From positions 1 through 64,000 of the forward strand of contig NW_026935066.1 of NCBI RefSeq assembly GCF_032062105.1: a stretch of 64,000 bases of DNA. The letters are read 5' to 3'. Every line of letters begins with the position of its first letter. Positions within the stretch are counted from its first letter, which is position 1. Below the pieces are notes generated by a model. That model was not told where the DNA came from. It did no database searches and worked only from the letters and a program-made list of their open reading frames with translations. Of this stretch, positions 14,046 to 31,198 are shown one piece after another. This stretch comes from Saccostrea cucullata. Lineage: Eukaryota. Position numbers and translations under genes: made by a program.

Positions 14046-14899
14046 ATCAGCAAATAAAAGTGCATGCAAAAGCTACACTATTTTCCTTTATACATTCTAC
14101 TCTTTGATGTCAAGGGAAAACATTGATTTAATATTGTGTATTTTTAAAGCTTTGTATCTAAAGCCAGTAAAAACTGAAGAAAAAAAAAGTTGTACATTTA
14201 AGTTTTTTTTAAAGACCAAATACCTTTATAATCCAATCATATACATGTACAACATTTTTTACCATAAAGTAATTGTATATTTTTCTTAAATTCTTACATT
14301 TGCTTTTTTATTTTCATAAATAAGTCATAAATATAAATTAAAAGCAAAAAAGTATTTTTTCGACAATGAATTCGATTTCAATTAAATGTGCATGATAATT
14401 AAATTCAGAAATAAGGCAATAAATGTAACATCCAAAACATCATATGGGGGATCAGGTGCCATGGAAGAGTGAGCATCTCCTGCCGACCGGTCACATTTGC
14501 CGTGTGCTCCTAGTCATAATCGGGAAATAATGTAAAAATCAGTCGTCAATAAGGCATCCACATAATATAGAAACAGTTTGAGATTCTTATTTCCTTCGCC
14601 CCACCTTTAAAAAATTGGATTTTTTTTTGTACTTTATTATATCAGTGCAAGTAAGCTGTCGGCTTTCCAAAAAATTGAATTATTCAATTTACTTACCTTG
14701 TCCTGATATATTTTCAAGTTTTGGGATTATAAAGGTTATGAATGTTTTTACATAAAATTGATTTTCAAAAAATGTTTGAGTTTCTGATTGATGATATCTG
14801 TGTAGTTTTTTGGAGATAAGTTCTTCCACCAATCTGTTTAAACTCTCATGGGCCCCATTTTTAGAAAACCAATTTTTGCATTCATACAATGCAGAATTT

Positions 14900-15520
14900 A
14901 TTCAAAAACATAAATGAGAAGATTAAAAACTGTTGCTGCTGCTCTCAGTTCCTCATTTAGATATTTCAACGACGTATTATCATTTAACAATTATTACAGT
15001 TACTTTCATATGTCGACTCGATATCTCATTGTAATCTTGAAATAAAATATAGCAGAGAACCTGACACATTTGTTTTGTATACATGGATAAATATTTATAG
15101 TAACCTTGCAACAAAGCTTAATTATAAACAGGGATGACTCCATTTTTTTCTATCGTCATTTTCCCCTTCTTATGTAGAAATACACACTGATCACCTTCAG
15201 ATGGGGTTTGTGTCCCCAACGTTGATTCGTCAGACAAAAGCGTGATCTAGTACAAATAATTTCTGAGCACAAAACAAGTTGATGACGAACAAGCTGTGGA
15301 AATAAAAAGATATTAACAGTCTTCTTTATCATAATCATTTCGTTATTAATCTCTATGGTTGATGCAATGATATTATCAGCAAGTACAATCTATCATTTAG
15401 TCGAATGCTGATTAACGTTGTTAATACAAATTGATACATCATTTTACACACTAATTTTCTAAGAATTTTGTTTGTTTTCCCGATCATGACAAGAAGCAGA
15501 CGGTGGGCGTGACAGATCCA
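14900..15520 (+). mobile_element. Decayed copy of the same PLE-derived family
   Basis: Colinear similarity to 43560-44300. Confidence 0.65.
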
Positions 15521-17654
15521 CGTTTGCTTTGCTCTGGACTTTAAAGCTTTAATTCTCAATGGACCGCCTCTTAATGACATTAAGACATACCGAATGCGTT
15601 TTAGCACTCAATGATATTAATATTTGATTCCTTCGCTGAATGAACAACGGTATATCAGCATATTTAATTATTTTTGTGTCTTATTTGTTTTGAACGTTTA
15701 AAAAAATTAACATGTGCCGGTCCGGCAAAAAGGGTTAATCATTGTGTTGGAAGTTGGAAACTCACTTCGGATGAGACCTCAACAAGTATTTACTGACAAA
15801 ACGTCAGAGATACTCAAGATGTAGGAATTCAACTAGGATGTGTCATTAAATTATATCCTGAAATTGTATAAGATGAGGGCTATTGAGTTTAACCTTCTGT
15901 TGAATGAAATACATGTACATGAACCAGAATTCATATATTGAATTTAATCAGAATAAATATAATTAATCGTACTACTTTTTAAGATGAATTTACATAACAC
16001 ACTTTCTGGAATATTTTATTATTTATAGAGGATAGTTGCTGTTTCTTACTTTAATGAAATATTTTTTATGTAGACATTTAATATACTTCGAACTATATAC
16101 GTTTTTCTTGGTATTTTTTGCTTAATGACATACATAATTAATATACATCAATCCAATACATACATGTATTCCGTACGAATCCAAAAGAAGTTATATAGGT
16201 TCTGTTACCAAAGCTGAAAATAATGCTATATTTAAAAAAAACGTTTGAGGGAGAATTTAACATTAATTCATTTTGTGCTATTGTTTTATTGTCACTCAAA
16301 ATGCACATCATTTGCAGGCCCGTGACAAGCAATATCAGTTTGGGGGGACATGTTAACGATGGGGTAACCTGCGTAAACTTTCAGAGTAACCAGTGGACTC
16401 TTCCAAGGATGTTTTGTCAGTGACCGAAACGTCGGCGACTGAAAGTTACCTGAGATTCCTACGCAAAGGAAAGCGCGAAATCTTTGTATAGAAAATTAAA
16501 CTTGCCACTGCGGAGCTTCACTCATTGTTCATTCGCCATAGAATAGAATCCGACATTTAACACTCCATATTTATGAATATTCAGAAGTTTTCAAGATTAG
16601 CTTCATGTTTATTTCTAGAAATATTTTGTCTACAAAAATATTATATTTTTGCGTTTTTAAACTGAATAAATCGATGACCTAGCATCGTTTTAGGTAACTC
16701 AAGCTCATCTAGGGCTTGAGTAATTAACCGAGGTTCTGTATCGCAAAAGATGCTGATTTTAAAACGTTCATTCGTTTCTGATAAAGTCTGAAGATTCTGC
16801 ATTTGGCTAAAATCATTTGCGACCATCAACCGGTTAATGAAAGTGTCTCAATATGAGTGAAAAAATTCTCGAAGGCACCTTAACAACAGCGAACAACAAC
16901 AACCGAAAAAAGAAAAATAAAACAACAAAATAACCCCCCCCCCCCCAAAAAAAAGCAAACCATGCAAAGAATTGAATATCTCAATGATATACATGTAGAT
17001 CTTTTTCATGATCCTCATTATTAGTTCTAACATAAAAATGTGTTTGTTCCAACAATTACATGAATTTGCATAGAGCGATAAATTTACAACTGTGAATTTA
17101 TCATTAACCAAATATACAGCATGTATATGTAATGCACTAAGCTCAACGCTATGAACCATACAGTTAAAGAAAAAAAAAACATCATCGAAGAGCCAACTTT
17201 TAATGTTAAATCGTGAGACATTTATAACAACAGGAATTGAAAAGATAAAAATTTGAAAGAATTTACCTGTATTTAAATCGTGTCATTCTGATAATATGAC
17301 TGATAGTATAGATATGAAAAGATAATTTATAATGATAAACATATTCAAAGCGGAAATGCTGTGGGTGTTCAGTGGAACTATAAGGAAGTTTTTGTTATAA
17401 AATTAAACGCCAACATATTGAATTCATAAGAGCCATGCCAATTTGTTTAAATTAAAATGCAGAGCAATTGTCCTCCAAACCTATTGAAAATATTTTGTTT
17501 TTAAAATACGATGTGAGCCGAAACTTTTTAAATGAAAAAGTGAGTTTTATTTCTATTTCAGGACAGACGGACATAAGTAATCTCACGCAATGGAATCATT
17601 TAGGACAAATAAAACTGAGATTATACAAGTATTTTGCGTATAAAAATATGAAAA

Positions 17655-18741
17655 AACAAGATGTGTTTGTGAAACACTAATGGCAACATAGCGAAAGTTA
17701 AGCTTTCTCCATTGCAGATCAAATATGCTGGTACCAAAAGTAAGGCTCTTTCACAAGAAAACACCTGTAGCTACACCTGTTCCAGGGTTATGATCAAGGT
17801 TAACATTTTATAAGATAGGACAAACTCCGGGTCAAGGTCAAAATGTTAAGGTTGTTGGTTTCTAAAGAGAGGCCTTGTCTCTGGCCCTTACCGTTCAAAA
17901 GTTATGGCCAAGGTAAAAGTTTGTAAAAAGTAGGTCAAACTGTCAAGGTCATAGGGTCAATATTCTTGGTATCCCATGCAAGGTCCTGTCACAAGGATTA
18001 CACATGTGAAATATGAAAGTTCTAGCCCCTACTGTGCAAAAGTTATGGACAAGGTTAAAGTTTGTAAAAAGTAGGTCAAACTTCAAGGTCAAGGGATCAA
18101 GGTTCTTGATATCAAATAAAAGGTCTTGTCACAAGGATTAAATTTGTGAAGTATGAATGCTCTAGTCTTAACCTTTCAACAATTGTGGTCAATGTTGTGT
18201 TTTTAAAGTAGGTCAATATCCAAGGTCAAGGTCAAAGGGTCAAGGTTCTTGATATTCAATAAAAGATCTTTTCTCAAGAAATATATGTGTGAAGTTTGAA
18301 AGCCCTAGTTCCTACTGTTCAAAAGTTATAGCCAAGGTTAAGGTTTTTCATAGGTACGGAAATCTAAAAGGTCAAGGTCAAGGTTGTTAGTATCCAATGA
18401 AAGGTCTTTCAACAAAAAATATATATGTCAAGTATGAATGTTCTTGTATCTATTGTTCAAACGATATGGAAAAGTAAAAGTTTAAAATTTTTTTGTGAAA
18501 CTGGGTCAAACTCCAAGGTCAAAAGGTCAATTTTGGTGGTACCCAAGGAAAAGTCTTGTCACAAGAAATACACATGTGAAATATGAATGTCATAGCTTTA
18601 CTAATTCAAAAGGTATAGGCAAGGTTAAAGTTTTTGGGGACACACAGACAAACAGAGAGACAAAGATACAGACAGACAGCTAGACAGACGGACGGACACG
18701 ACAAAAACTATATACCCCTGAAACTTCGTTTACTGGGCATA
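17655..18741 (+). mobile_element. pearl/HINE (Helentron-associated)-like element with internal tandem repeats
   Basis: Starts AACAAGATGTGTTTGTGAAACAC; imperfect ~130-140-bp GGTCAA-rich repeats; (GACA/GACG)n tract; terminal hairpin. Confidence 0.8.
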
Positions 18742-18943
18742 GTAATTTGATAAAATACGTACAGGGATTTATATGTATTATGATATGTATACAACAACCA
18801 ATATTATTTCATTAATTGTTCAGCTTAACAGAGTGTGGATATAATCCCCTTATCAAATTATTCATTTTTATTTGATGATTTACTTTTCTTTTTCTCAAAA
18901 TTAATTGGACACATTTCTATCGGATCAGTTGGTTGAAATATTT

Positions 18944-20562
18944 TTATGCCCCCGTAAACAAAGTTTCGGGGGTATATAGTTTTTGTCGTGCCCGTCCGTC
19001 TGCCTGTCTAGCTGTCTCTCTGTTTCTCTGTCTGTCTGTTTGTCCGCAAAAATTTTAACCTTGCCCATAACTTTTGATTTAGTGGAGCTATGAATTTCAT
19101 ATTTCACAAGTGTATATCTTGTGACAAGATCTTTCCTTGGGTACCACCAAATTTGATCTTTTGACCCTAACCTTGGAGTTTGACCCACTTTTACTCAAAA
19201 ATTTTAAACTTTTACTTTGGCCATATCTTTTAAACAGTAAAGACCACGACATTTATACTTCACATTTGTATTGTTTTTTGAAAGACCATTCATTAGATAC
19301 CAACAAACTTGACTTTTTGACCATGACCTAAGAGATTTTCGTTCTTGTGAAAAAACTTTAACCAAGGTCATAACTTTTGAACGGCAAGGGATAAGGCTTT
19401 CATTCTTCACATATGTAATCCGCGTGAAAAGATCCTTCATTGCATACAAAGAAAATTGACCCCTTGACCTTGGAGTTTGGCCCACTTTTAAAAAGCAAAC
19501 CTTGACCGTTACTTTTAATTGGGTTAGTTTTAGTGCTTTCATACTTTACATATTTAATCCTTGTGACAAGATCTTCATTTGATAGCAAGACCTTTGACCC
19601 TTTGACCTTGGAGTTTGTCTTACTCTTAAACATTTTTAACCTTGGCCATAACTTCTGAACGGTAAGGGCTAGGGCTATCATACTTTACATACGTATTTTA
19701 TGTGGCAAGAACTTTTATGGAATACTAACAACCTTGACCTTTTGATCTTGACCTTGGAGATTTTTGTTCTTATGGAAAAACCTTGGCCATAACTTTTCAA
19801 CGATAGGGCTAGTGATCTTCTACTTCACTTATGTAATTCTTGTGAGAAGACACTTCATTGGATACCAAGAACTTTGACCCTTTGACCTTGACAATGGAGT
19901 TTGACCTACTTTTAAGAATATTTAACTTAGGCCATAAATTCTTAACGGTTAGGGATAGGGCTTCCATACTTTACATAAGTATTTGATGTGGCAAGACCTT
20001 TGATCGGATATCAATAGCCTTGACCTTTTGACCTTGGAGATTTTGTACTTATGAAAAAAACGTTAACTTTGTCATAACGTTTGAACGCATAGGGCCAGTG
20101 ATCTCATACTTCACTTATGTAATCCTTGTGAGAAGACCCCTCATTGGATACCCAGAATATTGACCATTTGAGCTTGAGATTGACCCACTTTTAAAAAGCA
20201 AACCTTGACCATTACTTTCAAAGGGTTAGGCCTAGTGCTTTCATACTTTACATATTTTATCCTTGTGACAAGACCTTTCATTTGATAGCAACACCTTTGA
20301 CCTTAACTTTGGAGTTTGACCTACTTTTTAAAATCTTAAACCTTGGCCATAACTTCTAAACGGTTAAGGCTAGGGCTTCCATACTTTACATATGTATTTT
20401 ATGTGGCCAGACCTTTCATTGGATATTAATGACCTTGAAGACTTCTGTACTTATGAAAAACTTTAACCTTGGCCTACTTTCATATTTCACAAATTGTATT
20501 TTCAGTGAGAATACACTACTTTTGGTACCAATATATTAAATTTGCATTTAAGAAAAGTTTAG
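18944..20562 (-). mobile_element. Second pearl/HINE-like element, inverted relative to the first
   Basis: TATGCCCCCG...CGGGGGTATA hairpin, (GTCT/GTCC)n tract, about 11 TTGACC-rich repeats; 20520-20562 mirrors 17695-17740. Confidence 0.8.
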
Positions 20563-21162
20563 CAACTCCCTAGGGACTAAATATGTAAACTATTGATTCT
20601 GAGGTCAAAAGGTCAAAGGTCAAGGTAATAAATTTGCAAATTATGCTTAACACTTTCGTTTCCGCGCGATATCTCGAGAACCCTTTGGGCTTTTGCAATG
20701 AAATTTTACATAACAACTCCCTGTGGCCTAAGGAAGACCCTATTTATTTGAGGTCAAATGGTCAAAGTTCAAAGTCATAAATTTATACATTCTGTCTGGT
20801 GTAACACTATCCTTCCGGGCAATATTTCAAGAAGATTTTGAGCTTTTGCAATGTAATTTTATACCAAAACTCCCTAGGACCTCCCTATCCCTCTCAAAGT
20901 GTCCCGTCTCGTTTATTTTATTAGTATTTATTGTATTACTTGTCGCTATTTTTAGCACAGAGGCATGAGGAGAGTTATTACGTATAAAATAGGTTCTCGG
21001 CGAACTTTATATTCTTATTACATCTTTTAGAACTGTTTAATAAAGGTTAAATTATACACCATGCATTGTGTAAAATTTTGACAATATCGAACGTGATTAT
21101 ATACATTTGTGACTTTATCTTTTCATATAATTTTCGCCAGTTGAAAGCAGTTTGTGATGTAG

Positions 21163-21247
21163 TCCCGGGACCTTTCACATGTGCTGCGAGAGATATACCA
21201 CTACAGTAGTGGTATATCTCTCGCAACACATGTGAAAGGTCCCGGGA
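21163..21247. repeat. 85-bp near-perfect palindrome
   Basis: 42-bp arms, single central A at 21205, one mismatch. Confidence 0.95.
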
Positions 21248-22340
21248 TCAAATACTTTTTTTTACTAAATGATAGTATTCAGCATGTGAAATGAAAAATT
21301 GATGAGGTCTGGCTTGTACAAACTTATGAAATCATCATTACGGTGTAATAAATATTCCATATAAAAAGAATCTTCGATACACATAATAAAGAATAAGTAA
21401 TCAAATCTTTATATATATGCTTCAGTATACATGTTTACATTTAATAATTCTACAAATTTAGTCAGGGGGCATCCAACCCCCCAACCCCCCTCCCCCAACT
21501 GCGCATGGTTTACTTTTTCCCTAAGCGGGGTACACAAGTTCTCTGAATTAGCTTGTTTGGTATAAGGTGTAATGCAAATGAAAAAAAATGACCATATCAA
21601 TCATTCTTATGTCATATAATGACAGTTCTTTGTAAAATAGAACTGAATCAAATAATTTGTTTTTCAATCTTGGAAAAAACAAATATCGAAATCACCCTCA
21701 ACTGTCTCAGCAGTTTCTAACTTAGATAATTTTTTTCTAACTTGAAAACGAGAGCATGGTTAAATGATCATATTTATAGAGTAGTAACATGAAATGTTTA
21801 CATTCAGCTGTAGTTGATACCGCAGTTTTTACCTGTTTTAGTCACGCAAAAACGTGAAAATAGCACCACACATCTACTAGCTCACTGAGCATTTAGGTAA
21901 AATTTTAACCTTAAAAAAATCCTTTACAACAATAAGTGCGTCAGGACAGGGGTTAATTTTCAAAGACCTATATTTAATACTTTTTGTTTGATATATTGTG
22001 CACGTTAATTTTAATACCGCGAACATTCACGAATCGATGCCTCGTCATCTTTTCGTATGTGTTTGACATCAATCAAAGCCTCAGCTAAACTAATTATACC
22101 ATAAACACTTGAAACGCAGTACAACTTACGATATACAGGTCATGAAAGGAAAACCTTCAGAAATCACTTTAAGAGTACCTAATTGTGTCACTTTGTTTTG
22201 CCGTGGTATCCGACAAGATTTTCTAATAGCTGTGATAAGCTCTTCTTGTCAACAACGCAATCTCCTAGTAAATGCTTTAAATTTTAAGGTTTGGAACAGG
22301 AAGTTTAATGCATGCAGGGAAATAAAAGAAATACACCGAG

Positions 22341-22464
22341 TGACTCAATACTCATCGATACCGGATATGGTGAAATCATTCTACAATATGTTTCCGGGAG
22401 TACAATTTGATCTTCCCAATAATTTTAGATTGTTACCAATTAGTTTAATATCAAGTGACACAGC
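22341..22464 (+). promoter_or_regulatory. Candidate AP-1 and ARE motifs upstream of the + strand GST
   Basis: TGACTCA 22341-47; GTGACACAGC (RTGACnnnGC) 22455-64, about 190 bp before the ATG. Short motifs; chance match possible. Confidence 0.4.
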
Positions 22465-22553
22465 CCTTTGGAGCCCCTTCAATTTGTAAATAAAACTCGC
22501 GTAAATGATATCAGAAATCCATGTCTTCCATTTAACCTACACTAAATAACTGA

Positions 22554-25780
<3,227 letters not shown>

Positions 25781-26418
25781 TATAAATCTTAAAGATTTTT
25801 CATAATATCAACGTTTAATTTATACAGCACATCTACAATAATTATTAAAGATTATGTACTTTTATAAATCATCACTTGAAAACACAAAATACATGTAAAT
25901 TACGCCGTTATACATGAAAAATGTACACCAAAATGTCAAATAAAAAGAAATATCGATATATTGTAGCTGTGTGTCTACTTGTTATATTGCATCTTTCAAA
26001 AATTGTTGTTTTTCTACACTCTATATATAAATAGGTTTCTATTTGAAAAAAAAAAATCTAAATTATTTATTTCTTTAAAAGTGTAAATACACCCCTGTAA
26101 TCTTTTACTTTGTTTCTTTTTATTATTGGACACATGATAATTTCAACATTTAACGTAGGCTTACAATGAAAACTTTTGTTCAACGTCATAAAATTTCAAT
26201 AAAATAAGTAACGAAAACTGTATTTTATTCAAACTTCTCGCTGTGGTCAGGTGAAGCAAACAAATAGCAAAGGAATTTTTTTTGCTAGTAATGCCAATTC
26301 AAAGTTAAAACTAAAATCTGTTGGTTATCAATATTTTTATTGTGAAAAAAAGTTTTATTTTTTATTATAAAGTTCATTGCCTTTAATTTTTATAATTTAT
26401 TATGCAACAACTTAAAAT

Positions 26419-29296
26419 TTAAAATTCTGTTTCTGGTCTTGATTTGAGATATTCCTGAATTTTGGGTAGACTTTCAATCCTCTTCCTTAAAGCTTCCAGT
26501 TTGTCTGTTAACTTCAGCCCAAATTTATCAAAAGCATCCAAGGACCTTAGAAACGTCAGATCAGCCAGGGTCAGCTGTATATCAGAGAAACAAAGATATT
26601 ATTAAACAGTGTCGCATAAAGATTTAAAACAAACAAAAATATAAAATCCGTGATGGCGATGGATAAAATACTTCTCTTCTGATCAAATAATTACTTTTTA
26701 TCAAAATTAAATACGTCAAGAATGATAATTTATATGATCTGTACAGTAGGGAACTAACCAAAACTTTCATTTGAAAACATATTTAAGATTATGTTCCATA
26801 GAAAAAGTTAAGGATATATATTTTCGTGAGAGATAATCAGGTTTTTAAATTTAAACCCACCAAGCAGGAAAAAAGTATTTTAAAATATTCAATATCAAAA
26901 CCTGACCGGTAGGTGCTTTTTTGCTTAAAATATAAACGCTTCCATTTTTGCTCAAAATAGTCGTTAATTAATTAGTTAATGTATCCAAAGATTGTCTATA
27001 CATTTTATATATATGATATAACAGATATAACATTTGCTTTTTACCGATGGTCCCACTAAAAACCCGTTACCCCCTCCGTTCAGTGACAAGCGATCTTCTA
27101 TTCTTTTCATATACACGGGAACTTGTTCATGGAATTTCTTCATTAACTCTGCCTACAAGATATAGTAAAAGTCATAATGTATAGAAACTAACACATTGTC
27201 AATGTTATGCTTAACACTAAAAATTTATTTATCATGTACGTACATAGAATTTCAACGTTAAAATGATGAAGTTATACAATGCATCAATTTTCATCTAAAG
27301 TCTGTACAATGCTTCATCTGATTAATACAATGTGAATTTATTTTCCTTCTCGCGTTCTTAGTTCTACGGGAGACAACTCCAATAGCTGTCATCTTAATTG
27401 TTGTAAACACATTTATTTATCGTTTACAGCGGTAAAAATGTAACAGTCCTACCCCGAGCTTACTTCGGATCGTGGGCGAGACAATGATTGCATTATATTA
27501 CTAAAAATGACCTATAAAGAGACTATACCTTTTTGGCTTCGTCTTTTTCAAACATTACAGGTCGGAGACTCTCAAAGAAATCATTGACTGTTTCACATAT
27601 CACGTCCACACAACAACTTTCCATGTTCGTTTTGCCATAAAGTCCTAAAAAGGATAAACATATTTTAAGAATATTTTAAGGATGGGATGGGATGCACCAT
27701 CATGAGTCTTAAGAGTTAATTAATATATAAAAAGTTAACCTTTATGTCAGAACAATAAGGGGGACTTTTTCTTTATATCCTACTTGCATTTGTAAATTTT
27801 ATAATACTTTCTATCTAAAAGCAGTTCTACAAGGCAAATTCGGACGAGTGAGGGACCAGCTGTCACTTCTATATATATGCTGTTCAGTGGAACTGGGCGG
27901 GAATTGGATTTGGGACTATATTAATATATACTGTGTAAAAATAATACATCACAGTGACTTACCAAACTCCCTAGCCAAGAAGCGCTCTATAGCTCTACTC
28001 TGAGGAATCTTTTTACCGTCAATCTCCAACACAGGCATGGTCTCTTGAGGCATTGCTACAAAATAACATTCACATTTAATATAACTGAATTTGAAAAAAA
28101 AACAACCTGATTTTGAATCATGAAATAGTCCACATTTATTATTCCCTTGCATCTGTTCTGCTAAAAGCGCCCGGTATTACATCCATTAAATTGATTTTGT
28201 TTTACTTCTTGGGGAAAGAGGTGGGGTGGGTGGTGATCAAATCTTTCTCAAAAGAGAATTTTTTTTGTAATGCTGGGTGATTTTTCTTAAAAATAACAAT
28301 TTAAGTTAGGGACTATTTGTCATACTGCTCTATTGAACTGTCAAACTATATGTTCATCCATATACAGATATTTTTTGTGGATAATTTATTCAAATATTTT
28401 AAAACATAGATACATTTATAGAAACATTTATATTATAGATATAGATTTAAAGATTTCCCTTTCAGAAATCAGATTTAATTACTGTGATGTGATTCTTCTA
28501 GACAAATATTTTGGCGGGAAAAATAAAAAAAAATCCCTTCGCCATTTTGTTTCCCTTTTATATTCATAGTATATTGCTGTACATCGATTCACAGTTCATG
28601 AATACATTTTCAATACAAACTAATCCATGCCATAATTTAAAACCCACGACACAAATATGCGAGAAACACCCTTTTACAAATATTTGAAACCACATGTAGA
28701 TTCAATAAAGCGAAACGTATTGATATCCTGAACTTTAAATTAAATATTAGCTTGTTCAACATTTGCATATGGTTAGTTTAATGGTTTTTATCAAAGAACA
28801 ATTTGCTCCACCATTCTGTGGCTAATTGAAAATCATAATTCTTAACATTCCATCAGAAAATACTATTGTTTTGAAGAGTATCGCAAAATATCGGTCATGT
28901 GAAGGTTAAAGAGAAACTGGCGCGGATCAAAACCCCCTTCTATCGTATAGATGAAGCTTGTATAAATATAAGTAGACTAGGATCCTTCATCATACGAATC
29001 AGGAGGTGCAATGCCGCCTTTAAGTTAAAGTTCAAACATCATTTTGAAAATGCAAAAGATGACAGTTTTCTCGTTTTAAAGAAAATTTGATACATCAAAC
29101 ATGTTATTTCGATGCCCCTTTTCATGCTGAGCCTTACATAAAACTCATTTATAAACTCACTTGGTTTTGTTTTGGGCCAATCCGGACCTTGTATCCGAAT
29201 ATCCTCATATTTTATCCCGGAGGCGGCAAAAATCAAACGGCTGACTTCAGCTCTCCCCTTTGCATTGAAATAATAGAGCTTATATGTACTAGGCAT
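26419..29296 (-). CDS. GSTS: Sigma-class glutathione S-transferase, 5 exons, 202 aa (convergent paralog)
   Basis: Exons 29296-29161, 28055-27963, 27644-27529, 27152-27045, 26574-26419, all GT-AG, total 609 nt in frame, same intron phases (1,1,0,0) as the + strand GST. Motifs [61 protein letters not shown]. Confidence 0.95.
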
Positions 29297-31077
29297 CTTA
29301 TTCTTTAGTGTCGTCTGTCGAGCTCTATATCTGATTCAAAATGGCGAGTGGTGATGTTTGTGGTCGCATTTAAATCTGAATGTTTTATTGAGAGTGTGGC
29401 AATACCAGGGTCGGGATATGGGACATCCGATCACGATTGTTTTCCTACTTCCAAGTTACTCAAATATTCGCTAATCATGGTAGTTTACTCCAAAGCGATT
29501 GCTTGTTCTATAACTTAAAAGCTACTCTTTGTAAACGAAGAGTCCTGGGATTCATTACTCGGCAAAATTCCGTTACAGTTCTTCTTGATCTTCCAAATAA
29601 ATTGAAAATTTGAAAAGATCGATACAGTAGTAGCGCGAGGTTAACAAAGTCTACATTAATATTATTTGTAAATATCGATTAATTCTTCTCGGTTACATAT
29701 TAAAGCAACACCCTATATTTCGTGTCTAAAATTATTTAATTTTTAAGCTTTTTAATTTAGAAAAATTATAATTCTTACTGAAGTATCAGTGACAGAGCTT
29801 ATATCTTAAATTAACGATTTAATTTTTGTTTCAATTTTGGCTATAATTGATTATTTCGTCAAAAAAAGGCAGATAGGGATGGAAAGAGATCTTATTTCTT
29901 TACAACAAATTACAAGCACCAAAATTCATTGTTTATTGGCGTGGCACTGTATTTATTATTATATCTCAATACCATTGATAATGGTATTGAGTAAAATTCT
30001 AAACTAAAGAGGAAAACTCTCGATAGCAAGAGTTGTCTTTCATTGGCTAAAATGAAGAGAAATAACACAAAAAGCCAAGGCAATTATTCTATTAAATTGA
30101 ATCATTGGCTATCTGTAGTGGTGTTTTACCGGATGAAACAGACGGAAAATAAAATAAATGCTTATATTCAATTGAGTTAAATGTATTTTTTGTGTGTAAA
30201 GATGACAACTAGAGTACTAGAGGATCTACAGAATTATTGTTTTTCCTAGATAGGGGAAAATGGCAACATTTTTTTTTTTTGAAAAATAATAATTTACAAG
30301 TAAAACTATCTTAGGCATCCCTTCTTGTAAAAAGGAAAAAAAAGAAAGAAAATACGTATTGCAAAATTTAAAATAAAACTTAATCAATATTTTTTCAGTG
30401 AAATGGGTGGACTCTCTATAGCTTTGGATATATATTACCATTATTTGCCTTTTATGTTTATATGAGCAATCTAACGGGTCGAATCCAAGAAGTTGATATA
30501 TATCCATGTCAATCCTTAAAGAAATGCATCGGGGTAGTACATGAGGTAACACGTATCATCGTACACTTTTGGATTCCTTTGGGTTGTATATCTTAAATAG
30601 AAACGATTTTCCCACTTTTTCTTGCTAAAATGGTGCAGGACTGGAATAGGGAAGGTGCTGTTGGGTTGACCATGTTAAGGAACATAGATTATTTGATAAG
30701 AGGTTTGACTCTCACGCGGACAAGGGGCTGCTATTTGGCTTTTGAAATTGTCGAGTTTAAAACATTTGTTGTTGCTATAGATTTTCACTGCATGCTGATA
30801 TTTACTGAAAATACGACATAGAATATATGTCTTTTAATTTGGAAAATCATACATCGAAACAAAAATTAATGAGAATAAAAGAATAATGAAAATAAAACTC
30901 ATTCTTAATATAATTAAATGAGCTTGCATAGGCAGTAACACAGGAACTTGTTTCTGTAGATGAAGATAACCTATAGTTGTGTCATTATCAGGGTATTAAT
31001 CTCTGATTTGAAAAAAATACAGAACAAGCTCCTGTGAGCAGCAACTATAAAGTTTTCTTGAAAGATTTTGAAATAAG

Positions 31078-31198
31078 GACAGACATGCAAAAGAAAGTTT
31101 TAAAAACGAGATTGAACCTAAATACAATGTACATGTACGGGTCAATTTTCCAAAATACACTTTCTAGAAACTCTACAGGTTACATGACTGGAGGCAGT
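31078..31198 (+). pseudogene. Orphan decayed copy of GST exon 4
   Basis: Aligns to 25367-25471 (ATTTTCCAAAATACACTTTCTA.AAACTC.ACAGGTTACATG) and keeps a GT donor. Carries indels and a shifted acceptor; no other GST exons recognisable nearby. Confidence 0.85.

Noticed and set aside
12064-15738. Possible piggyBac element (TTAA-CCC...GGG-TTAA)
   Set aside because: The ends match only at the terminal CCC and the flanks do not rejoin; probably unrelated ends.
16370-16450. Hammerhead-like CCGAAACGTCGG (similar trace at 15765-15810)
   Set aside because: CUGANGA core is missing or mutated.
22109-22489. 126-aa ORF upstream of GST
   Set aside because: Non-ATG start, no motifs, overlaps the presumptive promoter.
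29965-29991. Perfect 12-bp hairpin CTCAATACCATT-GAT-AATGGTATTGAG
   Set aside because: Short and isolated; no associated element end or gene identified.
30226-30830. ORFs 30226..30552 and 30630..30821
   Set aside because: Possibly decayed TE coding sequence, but no diagnostic motif could be supported.
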